Source of the DNA: a virus
Length of the DNA stretch: 45,405 bases
Virus record (IMG/VR): IMGVR_UViG_3300034069_000390
Span: 1-45,405 of that record
Reading direction: 5' to 3' (one strand)
The notes under the pieces are model-generated. The model ran no database searches. It was given only the letters and a program-made list of their open reading frames with translations, and was not told the origin of the DNA. Shown one piece after another: positions 41,895-45,405 of the stretch (within the stretch, counting starts at the first letter, position 1; each line of letters starts with the position of its first letter). The translations under genes and the position numbers were made by a program.

Positions 41895-42038
41895 TGCAAT
41901 CTCCTTGCGTGCCTTATGGGTGAAAAACAAATGCAGCGCAAGTGAAAGATTTGTGTTGACGCCTCCCACAACCCCCTTCATAAAGACCTCACACCCCGAT
42001 CACCTCCCAGGTGAGCCGGCCTTGATCTGGAGAAACCG
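41895..42038. promoter_or_regulatory. divergent promoter region of the inverted methyltransferase cassette and the downstream plus-strand genes
   Basis: Plus strand: TTGACG-N17-CATAAA at 41956-41984. Minus strand: TTGCGC-N17-CATAAG at 41941-41913. Confidence 0.3.
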
Positions 42039-42281
42039 ATGTTCCTTACCTCACACACCGACGACGAGCTCACCACCGTCATTGCCGAGGATTACGGCAC
42101 CGACGTTCCGTTGCCGCGCCAGTATGCGCACTTCTTCAGCAAGACCTCACGCAAGCCTGCCGAGTTGGTCCTGACTGACAGCCCCAAGCTGGGCGGCTTC
42201 GATACGATCATCTGCGTCTCGGGTAAGGCTGAGGCGCGCCGGATCGCCAAGAAGCGCAACGCCATCGTGTGGAACTTCTGA
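42039..42281 (+). CDS. hypothetical protein (80 aa)
   Basis: GGAG sits 7 nt before the ATG. Confidence 0.6.
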   Translation: MFLTSHTDDELTTVIAEDYGTDVPLPRQYAHFFSKTSRKPAELVLTDSPKLGGFDTIICVSGKAEARRIAKKRNAIVWNF

Positions 42282-42706
42282 TGGGCCGCGCCAACTGCTT
42301 CGGCATTCCCGACATGATCGCTGGCCTGACCGTCAAGCAAGGTCCGGACGACTTGTTCTATGTCGAGAAGCCTGATGGCTCGGGCGAACGCCTCGCGGAG
42401 GCCGTCACGTGTGATGAACTGGCCGACATCATCACGGAAAACGTGCAGGCGGCGGCTCCTGATTTGCTCGCAGCATTCAATGCATGCCGCGCTCACATCG
42501 CGCTCATGACGAACCAGATGCAGCAGTTCGTCGAACCCAGCGGATACACCGCCTTCGACCGCAAGCGCATCGCCTTCGAGCACGATCGCGAGGCTAAGGA
42601 AAGCCTGTTCATGGGCGACATGATCTATCTGCTGGATGGGCCAGAGCAGCGTGAGCTTAGCGCTAAGTGCGATGCCGCTCTCGCCAAGATCGGCGGTGCA
42701 TCATGA
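42281..42706 (+). CDS. hypothetical protein (141 aa)
   Basis: Internal ATG at a TGATG overlap with the upstream stop. Confidence 0.6.
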   Translation: MGRANCFGIPDMIAGLTVKQGPDDLFYVEKPDGSGERLAEAVTCDELADIITENVQAAAPDLLAAFNACRAHIALMTNQMQQFVEPSGYTAFDRKRIAFEHDREAKESLFMGDMIYLLDGPEQRELSAKCDAALAKIGGAS

Positions 42707-43092
42707 CCGTGGCAACGCAAACCCTCGAAGATCAGCTAGACGCGCTCATTGCAGAGCATGGGCACACTCATCTGCCGTGGCGATATGCTGAAATCCGGCG
42801 CCCACCAATGGGCTTGGGTCCGCATGACACAGATGCACTCGGTAACATCTCTTGGGGGTATTCGCTCTCGGGAAGCAACGAGAATGGCACGGCGATACTG
42901 CCAACCTTAGGGGCGGTTCACAATTTTCCTGGAACTACCGAAGCCAACGCCTCCTTCATCGTTCGCGCCTGTAACAGCCATTACGAGCTGATCGAAGCGT
43001 GCGAGAACCTGCTCCTGCTTGTTCAGGATGCCGACGCTAGTCCGATCTGTCGCTTGGCCCGCGCCGCGATCCTGAAGGCAACCGGCAAGTGA
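42703..43092 (+). CDS. hypothetical protein (129 aa)
   Basis: Internal ATG at an ATGA overlap. Contains the motif EANASFIVRACNSHYELIEACENLL. Confidence 0.6.
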   Translation: MTVATQTLEDQLDALIAEHGHTHLPWRYAEIRRPPMGLGPHDTDALGNISWGYSLSGSNENGTAILPTLGAVHNFPGTTEANASFIVRACNSHYELIEACENLLLLVQDADASPICRLARAAILKATGK

Positions 43093-43316
43093 CCGCCTCC
43101 GCTACCCGCAACGGTGAGCCCGCCTACCTCAAGGCCCCTCTCCGCAAGACACAGGCGATGTACGACCTGGAGCGCCGCTTGGATGAGTTCCACCGCCTGC
43201 GCAACGCCGCTGAGGAATGCGACGAGCCGGTGAACGGACGTGCCTTGCTGGTGGCGATTGCTCTGTGCGTCGCCGCTTGGATCGGCCTGATCGCTGTCGG
43301 CTCGGTGCTGCTGTGA
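43089..43316 (+). CDS. tail-anchored membrane protein (75 aa)
   Basis: GTGA overlap upstream. C-terminal TM helix ALLVAIALCVAAWIGLIAVGSVLL. Confidence 0.55.
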   Translation: MTASATRNGEPAYLKAPLRKTQAMYDLERRLDEFHRLRNAAEECDEPVNGRALLVAIALCVAAWIGLIAVGSVLL

Positions 43317-43366
43317 GGACCCCCACACCCTCCCCCGCTAAGCAAGAGGCAATACCCGTGGAGAAG

Positions 43367-43837
43367 ATGACGCCTGGCGCGTTTCTAGTCGAGTGGCAGC
43401 AAGGTGGCGAAACATGGGCCCACGCCCACGCTGACGAACCTACGGCAGTCGATCAGGCCCGCAAAATGGGCGGCACATGCACGCCGCTTTATCGGGCCGC
43501 TGCTACGGCTGCCGATCAGATCGCGGCGGTAGCATATGCGATTAGCCAACACACCTACGCGCTTATCTCTGCCACGGACGCAGGCGATTGCGGCGAGTGG
43601 AACGAGATGAGCGAAACGGCCCGCAACGTCTACTGCCTCGCTGCAAAAGCCGCCATCGCTGCAATGCCATTTTCGGCAGATTTGGATCTCGCAACGGTCA
43701 GGCAATGGCTTGATCAGATCGCGACCATCGACATCAACGACATTGTTGCTGACGGCGGGGTTACTGCCGGAATGGTTGTGCAGCAAGAAGCGCGATTTAT
43801 GGCGTCTAAGCTCACGCAGATCGGCGGTTCCAGGTGA
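43367..43837 (+). CDS. hypothetical protein (about 157 aa; a GTG at 43358 is also possible)
   Basis: Internal start of ORF 43217..43837. The upstream part overlaps the previous gene. Confidence 0.55.
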   Translation: MTPGAFLVEWQQGGETWAHAHADEPTAVDQARKMGGTCTPLYRAAATAADQIAAVAYAISQHTYALISATDAGDCGEWNEMSETARNVYCLAAKAAIAAMPFSADLDLATVRQWLDQIATIDINDIVADGGVTAGMVVQQEARFMASKLTQIGGSR

Positions 43838-44175
43838 CCCGCGCTATCGATCACGCCACCTTTACCCAAGCGCGGGTAGAGCCCTGGTACGTCCAGTGGG
43901 AGCAGGCGCGCGGGACGTACAGTGAGAACCGGGTATTAGCTGGCATCGCTGCTTCGGCTAGGGACCACGATTGGGATGTCTGGTGTGCCGCCATGGACGC
44001 CATCGACGCTCCGGACGAGGACGAGCGCGCCGAGCATATCGCCACACTGGAGCGCCTGTTCGACGAGGCTGCAGAGGCCGAAGCGTTCGCTGAACAATGC
44101 GAGGCTTACGAGATCCGCACCGGCAAGGACTGGACGAGCTGTGAGCGGCTGATGGCGTTGGAGCAGAGGGCATGA
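43834..44175 (+). CDS. hypothetical acidic protein (113 aa)
   Basis: GTGA overlap upstream. Confidence 0.6.
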   Translation: MTRAIDHATFTQARVEPWYVQWEQARGTYSENRVLAGIAASARDHDWDVWCAAMDAIDAPDEDERAEHIATLERLFDEAAEAEAFAEQCEAYEIRTGKDWTSCERLMALEQRA

Positions 44176-44354
44176 GCAAGAACCCATTCATCCGATCCAA
44201 GCCGCACTCGGGCAAGCCCAAAGTGCCGCCACCGCCTGCCGGGATCGAGTGCCTAGCAAACGAGCCGACCTTCACGCTCAGTCGTCAGGTTGCTCGCGCA
44301 CGTGCTGAGATGGGTGAGGCTCGCTGGTCCTTGCTCAATGCGGAGTGGCTGTGA
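44172..44354 (+). CDS. hypothetical protein (60 aa)
   Basis: ATGA overlap upstream. Confidence 0.55.
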   Translation: MSKNPFIRSKPHSGKPKVPPPPAGIECLANEPTFTLSRQVARARAEMGEARWSLLNAEWL

Positions 44355-44737
44355 TGGCTGACCTCGCTCCAATCCCTAGCGCGCTGCTCGATCAGGTTGC
44401 CTTCGCCATTGAGCGAGCCCGCTGCCCCGGTCGTGAAGGCCCATATGGCGGCTATGACTACGGCCACAACCCGGACTTCTACGGCCCAGAGCCCGAAGGT
44501 GGGCGCTACGTGGTGCGCGACTTCCGCGACTACCAGTCGCCAGATTGGGGACGGTGGGTGCACCAGACTGCATGCCAAGAAGAGCATGAGCAAGCCTATC
44601 TAACCTTGACCGGCAGGCACATCGCACAAGCTGCCATCGATGCGTACGCGCAAGGGATGGCAGCGCGAAGCGGCGAGACGGGCACCGGCTCGACCGAAGG
44701 CAACAGCCCGGTCCTCAAAGAGGAGGCGCCCGCATGA
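44354..44737 (+). CDS. hypothetical protein (127 aa)
   Basis: ATG at a TGATG overlap with the upstream stop. Confidence 0.6.
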   Translation: MADLAPIPSALLDQVAFAIERARCPGREGPYGGYDYGHNPDFYGPEPEGGRYVVRDFRDYQSPDWGRWVHQTACQEEHEQAYLTLTGRHIAQAAIDAYAQGMAARSGETGTGSTEGNSPVLKEEAPA

Positions 44738-44771
44738 CCCCTCCAGCAACAATGACCTTTGGAGTAAAGTG

Positions 44772-45405
44772 ATGGCTGAGCAAGAGCGGAGCGAGCTGCT
44801 GCCGTGCCCTTTTTGTGGCGGGGACGCCTCGCAAGAATGGTCACGCGATGCGACCGGAGAGTTCTCCTACATCGTCTGTACTGAGTGCAGCGGTCAGGCT
44901 GACCATCGCCAAGTCTGGAACACCCGCGCCCCCACCCCTGATGCGGTGAACGCCGACAAGGCGCTGCTTAAAGCGCTTTTGCTTGCCCGGTCATGGATCA
45001 GGCATTCAGAAGAATGTTCGATCCATACGCCAACGGCCACAGAGGACGGTTTCTGCGCTAAGTGTTCGTGCGCCTATGCTGAGCGCATCGCCGTTATTGA
45101 TGCCGCAGCCCTCGCCACCCCCGCACCCGACAAGGCGCTGGCAGTCATCTACGTCAGCGCTGGCCAACTCGCTGCCGTTGTCGACGATCACGATGGCGGC
45201 ACCTACCTACCAGTCCGTCGTTCCCCGCTCGGCAACTTCACGACCCCGCTCTACACATCCGCATCATCCGACAAGGCAGTGATGCGGGAGGCCTTAGAAT
45301 ATTACGCAGCCGGTATAGGTTTCAGTGAGATTGAGGATGGCGGGCAGGTCGCACGGACAGCGTTGGAAGCCCTCACCACCCCCGCACCCGACAAGGCGCT
45401 GATGC
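44772..45405 (+). CDS. 5' part of the junction-spanning Lar-type zinc-ribbon protein (continues at 142 after the overlap and ends at 662)
   Basis: Hand translation from ATG 44772 is open to the window end: MAEQERSELLPCPFCGG...CTECSG...SSDKAVMREALE. Not in the ORF track because no stop is reached. Confidence 0.75.
   Translation, partial: MAEQERSELLPCPFCGGDASQEWSRDATGEFSYIVCTECSGQADHRQVWNTRAPTPDAVNADKALLKALLLARSWIRHSEECSIHTPTATEDGFCAKCSCAYAERIAVIDAAALATPAPDKALAVIYVSAGQLAAVVDDHDGGTYLPVRRSPLGNFTTPLYTSASSDKAVMREALEYYAAGIGFSEIEDGGQVARTALEALTTPAPDKALM
45265..45405. repeat. Terminal overlap, copy 2 (identical to 1-141)
   Basis: Read directly: starts at CATCCGACAAGGCAGTGATGCGGGAGG and ends at GACAAGGCGCTGATGC, identical to 1-141. 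Confidence 0.95.

Noticed and set aside
42281-43092. Two adjacent ORFs sharing an A-A-P-D-L-L-A-A / E-A-N-A-x-F-I-x-x-A-x-N-x-x-x-E-L-I-E-A motif, considered as a paralogous pair or toxin-antitoxin-like unit.
   Set aside because: The similarity is limited to a short helix motif that I recall seeing in uncharacterised phage proteins. There is no further evidence for paralogy or for a two-component system.
1-45405. A lysogeny module (integrase, CI repressor, attP), tRNA genes and CRISPR arrays.
   Set aside because: No recombinase-like or repressor-sized HTH protein was recognised; only small Cro-like or controller-like HTH proteins are present. No tRNA-like T-arm sequences occur in the few intergenic regions. 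The ggttcaaaatc at about 33071 lies inside the Prim-Pol gene. Absence is judged by eye only, so the lifestyle remains open.

Overview
The window is a complete tailed-phage genome with high GC content. Bases 1-141 are identical to 45265-45405, so the closed molecule is 45,264 bp, and one gene runs through the junction. Coding is dense and heavily translationally coupled through ATGA, GTGA and TGATG overlaps. Two transcription arms diverge at 35422-35516 and converge at 2785-2801.

Minus arm, 35421 down to 2802:
- Cro-like HTH and a Prim-Pol/helicase fusion.
- A strikingly AT-rich repeat island (32690-32932).
- A middle operon of small proteins: several zinc ribbons, an HTH protein, a GcrA-like DNA-binding protein, a MazG-like protein and a DUF551 protein.
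- A P22-like morphogenesis operon: TerS, TerL and portal; an accessory island with a GroES-like protein, a YD-repeat mini-protein and a collagen-like protein; scaffold, decoration-like protein and major capsid; gp4-like adaptor, gp10-like tail hub and a needle-like protein; a GNAT acetyltransferase; three ejection proteins, one carrying an M15 peptidase domain; and three receptor-binding proteins.
- A signal-peptide protein, a 35-aa Lys/Pro peptide and a lysis cassette (membrane proteins, GH24 endolysin, overlapped i/o-spanins).

Plus arm, 35517 through the junction to 2784:
- Sak4-like ATPase, DUF669-type SSB, YqaJ exonuclease, SF2 helicase and VRR-NUC nuclease.
- An inverted HTH plus beta-class DNA methyltransferase cassette.
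- About 18 small early ORFs, including two Lar-type zinc-ribbon proteins and a very acidic Cys-rich protein.

I recognised no tRNA, CRISPR array, integrase or CI-type repressor. All functional calls come from motif recognition by eye; no database search was run. An alphaproteobacterial host is only an inference, based on the GcrA-like and CcrM-class genes and the GC content.
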